Of a stretch of DNA of 64,000 nt, positions 1-12,607 are shown piece after piece. The notes beneath the pieces were generated by a model. The model did no database searches. It saw only the letters and a list, made by a program, of their open reading frames with translations, and was not told where the DNA came from. Source of the DNA: the human T2T-CHM13v2.0 reference genome, Homo sapiens; assembly GCF_009914755.1 (NCBI RefSeq), contig NC_060928.1; one strand, 5' to 3'. The position numbers and the translations under genes were made by a program. Position 1 is the first letter of the stretch, and each line of letters opens with the position of its first letter.

Positions 1-57
1 CATACCTCAGTCCTTGGAAATAAATCAGAACCTTCAAATGTAGTCATAATTGGAAAC

Positions 58-351
58 TTTTTTTTTTTTTCAGAGAGGGAGTCTTGCTCTGTCACCCAGG
101 CTGGAGTGAAGTGGCATGATCTCAGCTGACTGCAACCTCTGCCTCCTGGGTTCAAGCAATTCTCCTGCCTCAGCCTCCTGAGTAGCTGGGATTACAGGCG
201 CCCACCACCACACCTGGCTAATTTTTGTATTTTTAGTAGAGATGGGCTTTCACCACATTGGCCAGGCTGGTCTCGAACTCCTGACCTCATAATCCACCCG
301 CCTTGGCCTCTGAAAGTGCTGGAATTATAGGTGTGAGCCACCGCGTCTGGC
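58..351 (-). mobile_element. Alu (AluS, probably AluSg-like)
   Basis: Poly-T followed by full reverse Alu dimer; TSD TGGAAACTT at 51-59 and 352-360; CTCATAATCC short form with GGCCAGGCTGG. Confidence 0.95.
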
Positions 352-1625
352 TGGAAACTTAATTTTTTTAAATGATATTGGCCAATTGTCATATAATTGC
401 CTGTCCAGTATCTAAATGCTGAATCTCCCCCACATTTTGAAATCCCCCCCACTGTGTAAATAAGTATTATTGGGGAGGAGAATTCATCTGTTACTGTAAT
501 AGCTCATTCAGGCAATTCTTCCTACATAGTGAAAACACATGACTTAGCCAATCAAATGCATCCATCTAGCATGTATATTCAATATCTAGTGATACAAGAA
601 CAAGGATAGTAAAAAATTCATCTTAGCGGGTAGCTATGGAAGTGGTAGCAATACTGAGTTTCCAAGGGTACTTTCCAAATGGTGCTGCCAAGTGCTGGCA
701 GCGTCTACAATGCAAGCTATGGTACATGGTATCTAGCAGTGGTAATAGTAGTTCTCACCAGATGTACTGATTTTCCATGACTACTTTCTTAGTCATGTTC
801 TATATCTGCCTGATTTTCCAAGCTAAGTGCACCGCTGTTATGGAAGCTGTGAATTGCCTAAATCCTTTCAATAAATTCCTTTAATGTTTAAAATGATCTC
901 AATAAAGATAAGTACTTATACCTAACAATCCAGCTAATGTGTGCATATCACAATATGACTGCTGACACAAGTTTTCACAGTTTTATGGACAATTTTATCA
1001 ACTTAGAGCATAAGTCACACCCACAGGCTTTATATAAATACTTAAGCTCCCTCAAAAATCCCTATCCACTTCCTTCATCTTGGTTATCAAATGGTAGCAT
1101 GCAAGATATGTAAAATCATCCTCATTGACTTCTTTTTCTCAGAAATAATTGATGGGAGCATATGGACATTTTATTTGAAGAATAAAGAAGAGTCAAGTAT
1201 GCATTAAGGATTTGCACAGATAGAAATGTAGATGAAAATCATCACATAGGGTAAGTCAAGTGGATATTCAACCCAACGGATCAGTATGCTTGGAGAACAT
1301 GTTATCTAATGAGGAATCATTGAGGATGAGGCTGACAAAGAGGTAAGCAAGGATTAGGTCATAAAAAACAGTTTACATTAGGCTATCAGATTTGGATTTA
1401 ATCCTGTAGACAAATGCTTCACAAAACATATTTGTCTGCAAATCTTCTAGACATGTAAAAAGGAAAAAAAACAGAAAAGTACAGATTATTTAGTCTCAAC
1501 TTCAGTGTTTAAGATTTAAGTAAGTTAAAGATAGGTTAAAAATGGCATTAAAATTCAGCACTTTGGGAAATTTGAAATGAGTAATACAGTAATATATTTT
1601 GGGGAACTTCACTTCGGTTCTCTGA

Positions 1626-3200
1626 CAATTTATTCCTTCATTTAGTCAGTCACTTAACACATTGAAAATCCCAGTGTGGATTCCAGATATTGAGAATACA
1701 GAAGTTAATGCTTGAGAGAGACATCAGCCCTCATGCAGCTTACATTCTAGTATTTTGCATGTAGTAGTGGTAGAGAGGAGGAGGAAACCAATAAACAAAT
1801 AAAAAGTTAAATGGATATGTTGCACAGAAAATTAAAGTGAAGTAAGAATGAGTTAGTGTGTTTGGAATCCACGTTTTATGGTTAATCAGAAAAGCGCTTC
1901 TTTGAAGGAGATAGCTGTGGAAAGATGTAAAATGCACCAAGAAAGAAGCTGTAAAATACCCTAAAGAACAGCAAATACAAATACCAGAACTTGGAATGTG
2001 TTTGATAAATCTAAAGAATGTCAAAGAAACCAACATGTGTGATGAAGTGGACAAATGAGAACTTCTGCTGGCCATGGCCCAGATCTTCTCAAGGCAACTT
2101 AGGAATGTTGGAAGTACTTTGCTTTTATTTTTATTGAGATGGGAAGTTATTGGAAGATCTTTATCAGAGGGTAGACTTGATCAGATTATTATGCAATGAG
2201 ATCAGATAGTCACCATGTATACTACATCGTGCTCAGGTGAAAAGTTTGGTTTAAGGAGATGAGATACATTACTCCTTCTTATGGAAGCAAAGAAGAAATA
2301 TAGAGATTCAGATGAAAGTTGGTTAATATAATTGATGGGAGCATGTGGACATTTTATTCTGAATGTTCCCCTTTTCTCAGTAAAATAAAAATAAAATAAA
2401 ATAAAATAAAATAAAATAAAATAAAATACTCAGCATTACTATTGAGTGTTGTCTTATGACCTGAGACTATGTTTCAGGGTTGCAGAAAGAGGAAAGGAAT
2501 AAAATTCTCATTGAGAGGAATGGACTAGAGGCCTACAGGGGATTTGTTAGGTAGCACTAAGGGAAAGCTTATAAACTGAAATTATGAATGTCAAATAGGG
2601 CCAGCTAGTATGTTTGTTATTTTCCTCCAGCTACCTTCAGCTCTGCTTCTGCAGGAAAAGAGTGATCAAAGACCTAAATTTGACTAGAACGTTTTTACCC
2701 CCTGGGTGAGATGATGGGAAAAAGGTACAGGGAGTTTGAATGTGAATAAATATTACTGATTTTAATGACCAGTCATGGAATCTTTTAAGCTGGGTGAATA
2801 AGGATGTGAGGGCAGGATGAAACTGAGTGACAGAGATGATGAGATAAAGCCTATGTATTGTAGATGCTGATGGGTAAAAGGGTTGTATGATTTTGGATTC
2901 TGGAAAGATTAAACAAGAAATATTTGAGGTGGCAGCCTGAGTCTGATGCTTATGTATTAAATTTTGAAAAGTTTCCAGTTTTTACTCATGTCAAAGTCTG
3001 AGGTTGACTGTGAAAATTGATGGCTGGTGTTAGGTAGAAGATGAAATCATAAGGGGAGAAGACTTCAAAGTAATGAGAGGCCAAGGTAGTTGGGGAAATA
3101 ATGTATGTGGGTAATGAAATCACCAAGAATTATGACAGGATTATTATCAGAGAGTGGGACATTGAGCCAGAAGTTAAAAAGGATCAGGCATAGTTACCAG
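1626..3200 (-). mobile_element. Degraded LINE-2 (L2) fragments
   Basis: L2 3'-end-like text (ATTCCTTCATTTAGTC...CCCTCATGCAGCTTACATTCTAGT) and internal L2-like GAAATCACCAAGAATTATGACAGG; boundaries approximate. Confidence 0.6.
2381..2427 (+). repeat. (TAAAA)n pentanucleotide microsatellite
   Basis: About 9 near-perfect units seen directly. Confidence 0.95.
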
Positions 3201-3888
3201 CATCACTAGAAAATAGCAATATGGAAAGATTCTCATTGCAAATGGAACAATATATGCAAAAGCCTCATGAGCTTACATAATTTCAATAATGAAGTATTTC
3301 AGTTAACTTGAATTATGAAATATTACTGCTTTTGAAAATGTCTGAATGACATCTTGAAATCTTCACAGCTAATGAGTAGCAAACGCAGGAAATATTTTTA
3401 TTTGTGGGGAGGGTTGTGTCAGGGGAAGGATGAGATTTAGATACTTAAAAGACTTTTAGAACTTGATGGCAGTAGTTGTTTATTAATTAATTTCTACATT
3501 TATGGTTTTGTTTTTCCTTGAAGGAATTTATCACTAGTATTTCTTTGATGATTAAAAGTTTCAATAGAGATTATTCATTTGAAAAATTAATAGAGAGAAA
3601 GGAGAAGAGATTTTTGAAGTTATCCCACTTTTAAAATATGTTATTTTTAATAGATAGTCATTAGAAAGGCAAATAAAGCAAAAACCCAATGAACAAATGT
3701 TCAGGAGCTGGCAAAAGCAAAAACCCTCAAAAAAGAACAAGTCCCATGCTGTGGACCTCTCAGGCCTCCGTGATTGCCTTGAGAGGCATTTACCATGGAG
3801 GGGAGCAGAGGAAGCTGTGAGCCTTGGGGGCCAAGTCTCCCCCGACTCAACATCCAGGGAACGTGAAACACTAGAGATAAAAGGGTGA

Positions 3889-4298
3889 TGCTATTGTTTG
3901 GATATTTTTCTCTCCAAACCTCATTTAAAAATGTGGTCCCCAACGTTGAAGGTGGAGCTTAGTGGAGGTATTTGGGTCATAGGGGTGGATCCCTCATGAA
4001 TAGATTAATGTCCTCCAGTTGGGGTTGGGTGTGGGAGTGTGAGTGAATTCCTACTCTGTTAGTTTCCTCAAAAACTGGTTGTTTAAAAGAATCTGGCCTC
4101 TCCCCCTACTCTGTTTCTTCCTCTCTTGGCACACGATCTCTGTGCACACCAGCTCCCCTTCACCCTCTGGCATGAATGGAAGCAGCCTGAGGCTTTCACC
4201 AGATGTCCCATCTTCCAGCTAGACAAATAAAACTTTTTTCTTTATCAATTACCCAGCCTCTGATATTTTTTTACAGCAATGCTAAATGGACTAACACA
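3889..4298 (+). mobile_element. MaLR solo LTR, MSTB-type
   Basis: TGCTATTGTTTGG...AATAAA...AATTACCCAGCCTC...GGACTAACACA; TG..CA ends; 5-bp TSD GGTGA/GATGA. Confidence 0.85.
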
Positions 4299-5103
4299 GA
4301 TGATTTAAAAAAAAATGATTGGAAGAAAAGAAAAAAAGAAATGAAGCTATGAAGGAAGAGGAAGAGGAAAAGGGTGAGAAAAAAGAGTGGGCAAAGAGTA
4401 GGCACTGAAACCCAGGAGAGTATGAATAAAACAGAAGCAACATTTTCATAGGTAATTAGGCAAGGATTGAAAGAGACAAAGAGAAGAGAGCAGGGGTTAA
4501 TTAGTATGCAGTTCTTATGAGGAAGGATTTTTTTGAGGTAGAATTATCTGAACTGTGAGAAATGAGAAGCAGAAGAAAATTAGTGCACAGCATGTGTGTG
4601 ATACCCAGGACAGGCACAATGTGGGGAAGAATCATTCGAGCCGACAGCCTCCCACATGTGGCATCACACTGCAGAGTCAGCCTAGGACAGCTTAATTGCC
4701 ATTGTATGCTGGGGTGTGGCAGAATGACACTGGGCTAGGCTAGAAAGAGAGACCATTTAGACCTGACTATGCTGGATTTCCACAAATCAGGTCTATGTAA
4801 CTTTATGGAGTGGTTCACAGAGTTGAAAATTTAATGTTCCTTTTCATCAGCATCAATAAAGTTTAAAATGGAACAAAATTAAAAGAATCTATGTGACAAA
4901 AATTACTCTAAATCAGTGTAATCTTTAATGTATCTTCAAATTTCTTATATAACCACAATCTGGCTTTGAAAATACAGTGTTATTCTTTTTAACATAAGTA
5001 ATGATACATGATAGAAAATTCACAAGACAATGTCATATTTACCTATGATTTTTGTATTTAAAGGCGTTTTAAATTCTGTTTGACATTTTCAATGTATGTT
5101 GAG

Positions 5104-5499
5104 TGTTTTAGGCACTCTTGAATTGTTATAAAGAAATACCTGAGACTGGTAATTTATGAAGAAAAAAGGATTAATTGGCCCACGGTTCTGCAGACTGTAC
5201 AGGAAATGTGATATTGACATCTACTTGGCTTCTGGGGAGGCCTCAAAAACTTAGAATCATGGCCAAAGGCGAAGGTGGGTCAAGTGTCTCAAACGGCCAG
5301 AGTGGGAGCAAAGGGGTGGGGAGGTGTCATGCATTTTAAAATAACCAGATTTCAGAAGAACTTACTCTCACAGCAACATCACCAAATCATGAGGGATTCA
5401 CTCCCATGACCCAAACACTTCCCACCAGGTCCCACCTCCAACACTGGGAGTGACATTTCAACATGAGATTTGGCGACGACAAACATCCAAACTCTTTCA
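5104..5499 (-). mobile_element. MaLR solo LTR, MSTB-type
   Basis: AAAGAAATACCTGAGACTGGTAATTTAT...CCCACCTCCAACACTGGG...CATGAGATTTGG...CATCCAAACT; TSD TTGAG/TTGGG. Confidence 0.85.
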
Positions 5500-5791
5500 T
5501 TGGGCTTATATAAGTGAGTCAACAAATATAAGGGCACACACTGAAGTGTAATTCTCACTATACAAGAAATAAAGTTCACTTAATTTTTAGTTAAATGAAC
5601 CTAAAATGATTAAGACTAAAACACTTTTGATAAAGAACAGATTGGACCGTGGGAGAATCCCACTGGAAGCGTTTAGCAACTAGTCTTCTTGTTGGCAAGC
5701 TCTGAAAAACTGACAGAGTTGCCTAAAGAAAAAGAGACGATTGGACGGTGCAGAAGGGCCGAGAACTGGAGAACCAGGTTATAAAGAAGAG

Positions 5792-6241
5792 CAGGTTGGA
5801 TGCTTTGGATGTACTGCACTCCATCCCCTGGGCTAACCTGTGATTTCTGTCACAGTAGTCCATGCTAACAGTGTCCTACCTGAAGCTAGCACTTAAGTAT
5901 CTCCACCTTTCTGTCTCAGGGCTTTCTCTGAAGCCTGAGGAGCCTGCTGACCTAAGGGTGTAGCCAAGTGTGTAGGGAAGTCAAATACCCTCAGGGCATC
6001 CCTCAACCACTAGGGAATAATTGCCGTGGATAAATGTCCCAGCCTTCAGATAAACCAGTGTGTAAGGTGTTCTAGTTACCTCTCCAGCACCCACTCCTGT
6101 GCCTAATGCAAGGACTTTACATTAAACATCTTGGTCTTTTTTCGACTTTTTTTCTGTTTCAGTCTCTGTTCCTTCAACCCTGCAATGTGCAGTCAAATTT
6201 GCATTTCAAAATCTGCTGTTAAGGAAACCTAACTTAAAATA
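5792..6241 (+). mobile_element. ERVL LTR16-family LTR remnant
   Basis: AGGGCTTTCTCTG, CCCTCAACCA, GTGGATAAATGTCCCAGC and terminal GGAAACCTAACTTAA resemble LTR16A/C. Confidence 0.6.
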
Positions 6242-6410
6242 ACAGGCAATAAAAAAGTGCTGGTAATGTTCATTAAAGTAACGTGCTTTCCTCAAGGTAG
6301 CACCACAGATTCAGATAGTGTTAGTCATGAGCCACCATCTCAATTGTCCAAGGAACCAGTGTCTTTTTGCTCTAGCTTCACTCATGGGTTCACTGATTGA
6401 CTCTGAGGGC

Positions 6411-6909
6411 TGTTTTATCTTTCTATTGCTGCTGCAACAAATTAACAAAATAGTAGTGGCTTAAAACAAGACAAATTTATTACCTTATAGTTTTGCAGGT
6501 CAAAGTTCAAAATAAGTCCTACAGGATTTAAATCAAGTTATCAGCAGGGCTGCAGTTTTTCTGTAGCCTCCAGGGGACAATCAGTTTCCTTGCCTTTTCC
6601 AAATCCTAGAGACCACTTGTATTCTTTGGCTCATGGACCCCACAACCATCTTCAAAGAACATGTCACTAACCTCTTCTGTCATCCTATCTCCTTTTCTGA
6701 CTCTGATGCTCCTGCCTCCTTCTTATAAATCCTGTGGGTTTACATTGGCCCACTAAGATAATCCAGGGTAATTTTTGCATCCCCAGATTATTAACTTAAT
6801 CAGATTTGCAAAGTAGCTGTGCCATGGAAGATGGCATATCCACAGGTTCCAGAGATTTGGACAGGGTTACCTTCGGGAGAGTGGGAGGCACATTACTTTG
6901 TCTGCTAGA
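6411..6909 (-). mobile_element. MaLR LTR, MLT1D-like
   Basis: TTGCTGCTGCAACAAATT...GTGGCTTAAAACAA...GATAATCCAGGG...TAACTTAATCA...CACAGGTTCCAG. Confidence 0.8.
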
Positions 6910-7042
6910 GTAGAGCACTCTGAATTAGAGTGACAGCAAATTTTATCCAATATGGTGAAGCTATCCCTTCTGGAATAAATGTAGAATGCTAGAAACTGAG
7001 GTTGGACTCAATGGTACCGGAAATCACAAACAACAAATGTCA

Positions 7043-7294
<252 letters not shown>

Positions 7295-7613
7295 TTATGT
7301 ATGCTTTATTTTTCTCCCAATCATTCTTTCGAGAACACTAATTAACTGCTAGTGTATCAGTTACTAACTAGACACCAGAGGAACCTATGTTACTCCTACC
7401 CTCTAAATATCTTTTAGCTCACTATATTCAGAAAGCTTGGGCATGGGGCAAGTTTTTTTAAAAACTGCATCTCCTTTTTCAAAAGTAAATTAAAGTTTGG
7501 ATTAGATATTTAAGTAGAAATCTCAGAAAGCAAATACAACTTCCTTTAGGTAAACCCACACTTCTCAAAGTTAATAAGTAGTAAATGTAGTGCAACACCT
7601 GACCTCTGCGAAC

Positions 7614-7818
7614 AACACCCATGTATATGCACACAGTCACACACCACACACACACACACACAAACACCCATGTATATGCACACAGTCACACACCACACAC
7701 ACACACACAAACACCCATGTGTATGCACACAGTCACACACCACACACACACACACAAACACCCATGTATATGCACACAGTCACACACCACACACACACAC
7801 ATACACACATACACACAA
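7614..7818 (+). repeat. Minisatellite, 4 x 47-49 bp with nested (CA)n
   Basis: Unit AACACCCATGTATATGCACACAGTCACACACC(AC)n starting at 7614, 7663, 7710, 7757. Confidence 0.95.
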
Positions 7819-9419
7819 GCATTCCTATACTTGAATATTTAGAATATTTAGGAACAGTTCAGTTTGGGCATTGTCTGAAAATTGTTGGAAATTATGCCCT
7901 AGAAGAAAAATTTATCTTCACTGTGAAAGCTACCTACTTTTCTAATACCTTATATTGTCTGTTTCCCTTCCTTGCAAACCCTTGCAGTGTGATATATCTA
8001 TCGTCGTTAACCAAACCTATGACACAATTCTTATCTATTCTACCATCCTCCACAGTTTCTCTGTTCCTACCCTCACTCCTTCAGACAGAAGGTCATTTTC
8101 AGTCCCTACCTCCTGTCTCATTTGCTTGTTAATTTATTAAAATCTTTCAACACACACCTCATACACACCTTCCTATTGGACTTTTTACCTGTCTCCACAC
8201 AGGAAATAATGACTCCATCTTCAGCTAACTCTTCTTACATAATTAATAAATTACATGTATAGTTCATTGCTTATTGTAAGACTTATTAAAACATCTACCA
8301 CTTTTACCAGAGAGCTCTTTAAGAAAAAAAATCTAACACTTTGGCTGGCAAAATAAATAGTTGCAATCATGATTTTAATAAATTGCCTTGAATTGAATTG
8401 AAACTAATTGAAGCAACAGATAGAATGTGGCCAGATTATAGAATGTCAAGGAATTTAGCTATTTCTCTAAGCAGCAAATAGTGAGCAGAGTTACAATTGC
8501 AAAAATATTAATCTACATGTGGTGTAAATGAAGAAAGAAAAATAAAATGCAGTTGGACGTAAGAGTTTAATATATTTCAGTTAAGGGAAAGTAAGGGATG
8601 GAATTAGCACTAAGGCTGTGAGAATAAGATATTGCTAACTTAGAGAATGCCTTTCCATTTAAACATGTTACAACATATAGTTATTTTTAAAAAGATTTGC
8701 TTAGGTCAAGTTGTTCAAGAAAAGTTTCATTCCAACATATGGAAAGAAAGAAAAATGTTCTCCAGATGTTAATCTGCACTATAGCAACAAAAGATTCTAT
8801 CTGCTGTTACTAGTTTTAGTTCTTCTTCCTATGACTCAAATTACATTTTCAAATTGTTTAATTTAGTCTAATTTTATGAATTTGCTTTAAAGTTCTTTCT
8901 GGGAGTTCCCTAGGAAGTCTCCTGCAGTCTTTTGTAGCTAATGAGCGATAACAAAATCACTTGTTATACGTGACAGGAATGTTTTCCAACAGACTGTTAG
9001 TCCAGTGATGTTATCACACTTTCATTATTTAATTCCACTTGGTCTTTGTAATTGTTACCTTATAATTAATAGGAAAAATGTTTTGATTGGCTAGGAAAAT
9101 ATGTGGGAGAACATAGCTTCTTTCCAATTTTGTTCTTTAGCTTAAACGTGATGAAAACAGTTCTTAGCACTCATGTCTTATCTCATGTTTAATACACTTC
9201 ACAAAACTAGATGAATTAGTTCATATACCATTTCTGGAAAGTAGATATTTCCTGGGTCTTCAAAATCATGTTTGTTTTCTTCTTTTTTTTTTACGGCTTC
9301 ATCAAGTGCTAACTAAAATAGTGCAAAAGAAAGAAAGGTATGCCTTAAACTAATTTTAAACTGGGGAACAATGCTTTTTCTAAAATATGGATTAATTATA
9401 TTTTGAAATGTATATGAAG

Positions 9420-10200
9420 TACAACAGAGGGCTACGGCAAAGTTCTCTAATGAATATGTATTTTTTTCAGTGATGACAAGATTAAGATTACTCCTCAGCT
9501 CCAATCCTGAATTAAAAATTATCTCACGTGAAATATCAACCAATAAGGGTGGAAGGAATAATAAAACTTAAAAAATTATCCGTTCACAAAAAAACATAGT
9601 AAAATGTGATGCAGGAAATAATTGTGAATTGATGCTAAACTTTGGGCAGAATGTTGTTGAAAAACAGGCTATTTACTTAGTTTCAAATGATCAATTCACA
9701 GATTAGTCATTCACTACAAAAGGAAGTTGTTTACCTTTACCGTATAACAATCAGGCAGATGCCATTTTAATTGAGTGGTTGAACTTAACATTACCAATAA
9801 TGAATTGCCATTACATACCTTAAAATGTGATACCTCGAGAATAACACAATATCACCTATGTGATATTCCTGTAAAAACAAAGAAGAATAAGAAAAATAAC
9901 CTGAATCTAATCATGAGGAAACAATCAGGCAAACCAAAATTGAAAGACATTATGCAAGATGAATGACTTGGAATTTTAAAAATATGGTAAAGCTATTAAA
10001 AATAGCTTTTAGTTGATTTAAAAAATCAACATGGTAAACTCTTCTAGATTAAACAAACTAAAATACATTGCATTGGTTGGATTCTTATTTGGATAAGAGA
10101 AGAGTTTAAAACACTTTATTAGGTTAATTGGAAACTTAAAATATGGACCCTACATTGAATATTTGCATTGTTTTAGTATTAAGTTGATTAAGTGCAACCT
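9420..10200 (+). mobile_element. Old L1 3' region (L1MC4/L1MC5-like)
   Basis: AACCTGAATCTAATCATGAGGAAACAATCAGGCAAACCAAAATTGAAAGACATT matches L1MC 3'UTR; edges approximate. Confidence 0.65.
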
Positions 10201-11302
10201 GTCTGGTCACAAATGAGTACTGAGTATATTGCTTAAATACAAAGAGATCTTCCCTTGGCCTGACATTTACTTCCAGTTATTTAATTGTTTCTCAGCTTCC
10301 TTTCATTCAACATTTTTGCAAAGAATTGTATACATATAATAGTGATACATGATACCCTCCTTTCACTTTGCCACCCACTGAAGTTTAGCTTCCAAGGTCT
10401 CCGTTTCACAAATGGCTCCTGCCATTCCTTATAAATACAATGGGTTTATTTCAGTCTTTTTCCTAATTTATTTCTCTCTTCCATATTTAATACCTTTCTT
10501 AAACAACTTCTGTTCCTAATTTCTATGATGCTATTACCTGCTTCTCTTTCTACCTCTCAGTTTTTGCTATTCATTTCACTAGGTTTTTCTTGGCCATTTC
10601 ATAAAAGTGGATATTTCCCAAGCTTTTTTTCTATATCCCTTGTTTGTTTTTGTTTGTTTGTTTTTGTTTTGTTTTGTTTTGTTTTGTTTCACTTTAACAT
10701 TCTTCATGGCTTATTTTACTCAGGTCCTAACATTTCTACTATCACTTTTGTAAAAATGACACTCATGCCTACAAGGACACATCAAACTTATCTTCAGATG
10801 TATACATCCAAATACCTGCCAGCAGTCTCTAGCTGGATATTTTAAGAGCCCGTGTATTATAATAGATCCAACATTGAGCTTAGTGTTATTTTATACCCAC
10901 ATTCATTCACCTTCCTTTATTTAGCTTTATATAAACAGCTTCCCACTTCTCAAAGTCTGTGGATTCATCATCCTTCTGTTAAGTTTGTCAAAATTAATTA
11001 AACAATGAAGTCTTACCTTATTTCCCCAACCTTCTTTCCACTGAATTTGAATTAATATTTAAATCCTGCAAGTATAGATTTAGAATATCGCACATACAAA
11101 AATATCCTCCCTCCCTTGCCCATCATCTTTGACATTAGCTTAGTCCAAATAATTTATTATCTTCTTTGGAGAATCGCAATAATGTTGTTTTGTCCCACCA
11201 GCTCCTTTATAGTCTACAGTATGCCACCATCGTCATCTTCCTGCCATATATATCTTCCTTTTCACTGCCTTGATCAATAGTCTTCATTTGCTCCCCAAAG
11301 TC

Positions 11303-11304
11303 TT

Positions 11305-11336
<32 letters not shown>

Positions 11337-11626
11337 AACAGAGTCTCCCTCTGTCACCCAGGCTGGAGTAAGTGGCACGATCCTTGGCTCACAGATACCT
11401 CCACCTCCAGGGTTCAAGCAATTCTCCTGTCTCAGCCTCCCAAGTATCTGGGACTACAGGCACACGCCACCACGCCCAGCTAATGTTTGTATTTTTTTTA
11501 GTAGAGACGGGATTTCACTATATTGGCCAGGCTGGTCTCGAATGCCTGACCTCATGATCCACCAGCCTCGGCCTCCCAAAGTGTCCCAAAGTGCTGGGAT
11601 TACAGGTGTGAGCCACGCGCCTGGCC
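11303..11626 (-). mobile_element. Alu (AluSg-like)
   Basis: Full reverse Alu; 11-bp TSD CCCAAAGTCTT at 11294-11304 and 11627-11637. Confidence 0.95.
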
Positions 11627-11773
11627 CCCAAAGTCTTAAGAATACATTTTAAACTTTTATGCATGAGATACAACATTGTTCTTCATCTGCTTTGTGAATA
11701 CTCCTCCAGACTCATCTCGGCTTGCTCCATCACTCCATATACATCAACAGTAACTGTATGTCTTTGAGCTATG

Positions 11774-12307
11774 CGTATTAGTCAGGATTCTCTAGAGGGA
11801 CAGAACTAATAGGATAGATGCATGTATAAAGGAGAGTTTATTAGGAGAATTGACTCACATGATCACAAGGTGAAGTCCCACAAGTTGAAGAGCAAGGAAG
11901 TCCATCCGAATCCCAAACCCTCAAAAGTAGGGAAGCCAACAGTACAGCCTTCAGTCTGTGGCTGAAGGCCCCAGAGCCCCTGGCAAACCACTGGTGTAAG
12001 TCCAAGAGTCCAAAATCTGAAGAACTTGGACTCCTATGTTCGAGGGCAGGAAACATCCAGCACAGGAGAAAGATGAAGGCCAGAAGATTTGGCAAGTCAG
12101 CCTCTTCCACCTTCTTCTGTCTGCTTTATTCTAGCCATGCTGACAGCTGATTAGATGATGCCCACCCAGATTGAGGGTGGATCTGCCTCTCCCAGTTCAC
12201 AGACTCAAATGTTAATCTCCTGAGACAACATCCTCATAGACATATCTAGGAACAATACTTTGCATCCTTCCATCCAATCAAGTTGACACTCACTATTAAC
12301 CATCACA
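11774..12307 (-). mobile_element. HERV-L solo LTR, MLT2A2-like
   Basis: GTATTAGTCAGGATTCTCTAGAGGGACAGAACTAATAGG...CCAATCAAGTTGACACTCACTATTAACCATCACA; perfect 5-bp TSD CTATG (11769-11773, 12308-12312). Confidence 0.9.
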
Positions 12308-12575
12308 CTATGCTTTCTCATTTCTCAAGCCTTTGCATTTGTAGCTATTTCTGCCCGGAAGTCCTTCCTGTGAGTGTTCATCTGGTTGACTGTCTCTGAA
12401 GTTTGGTTCACATGCTGCTCTAGACTTTCCTAGGCCCATTTTAGCTCCACTTCAGGCATTGCTCTCTTAATGCCTTGTTTTTCCTGTATTTCAGAAAATA
12501 CATTATTGTATTGCAATAGCTATTTTACATTATCATCTCCTCAGCAGAGAACAATTATAGATGGAAACAAGCAAC

Positions 12576-12607
<32 letters not shown>

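Noticed and set aside
500-940. Possible old LTR (AATAAATTCCTTT near 870)
   Set aside because: Too degraded to assign family or boundaries by eye
7614-7818. CRISPR-like repeat/spacer appearance
   Set aside because: Spacers are just (CA)n; eukaryotic DNA with no cas genes
7479-8132. 180-aa His/Thr-rich ORF and antisense Val/Cys-rich ORFs
   Set aside because: Translations of the (CA)n-containing minisatellite
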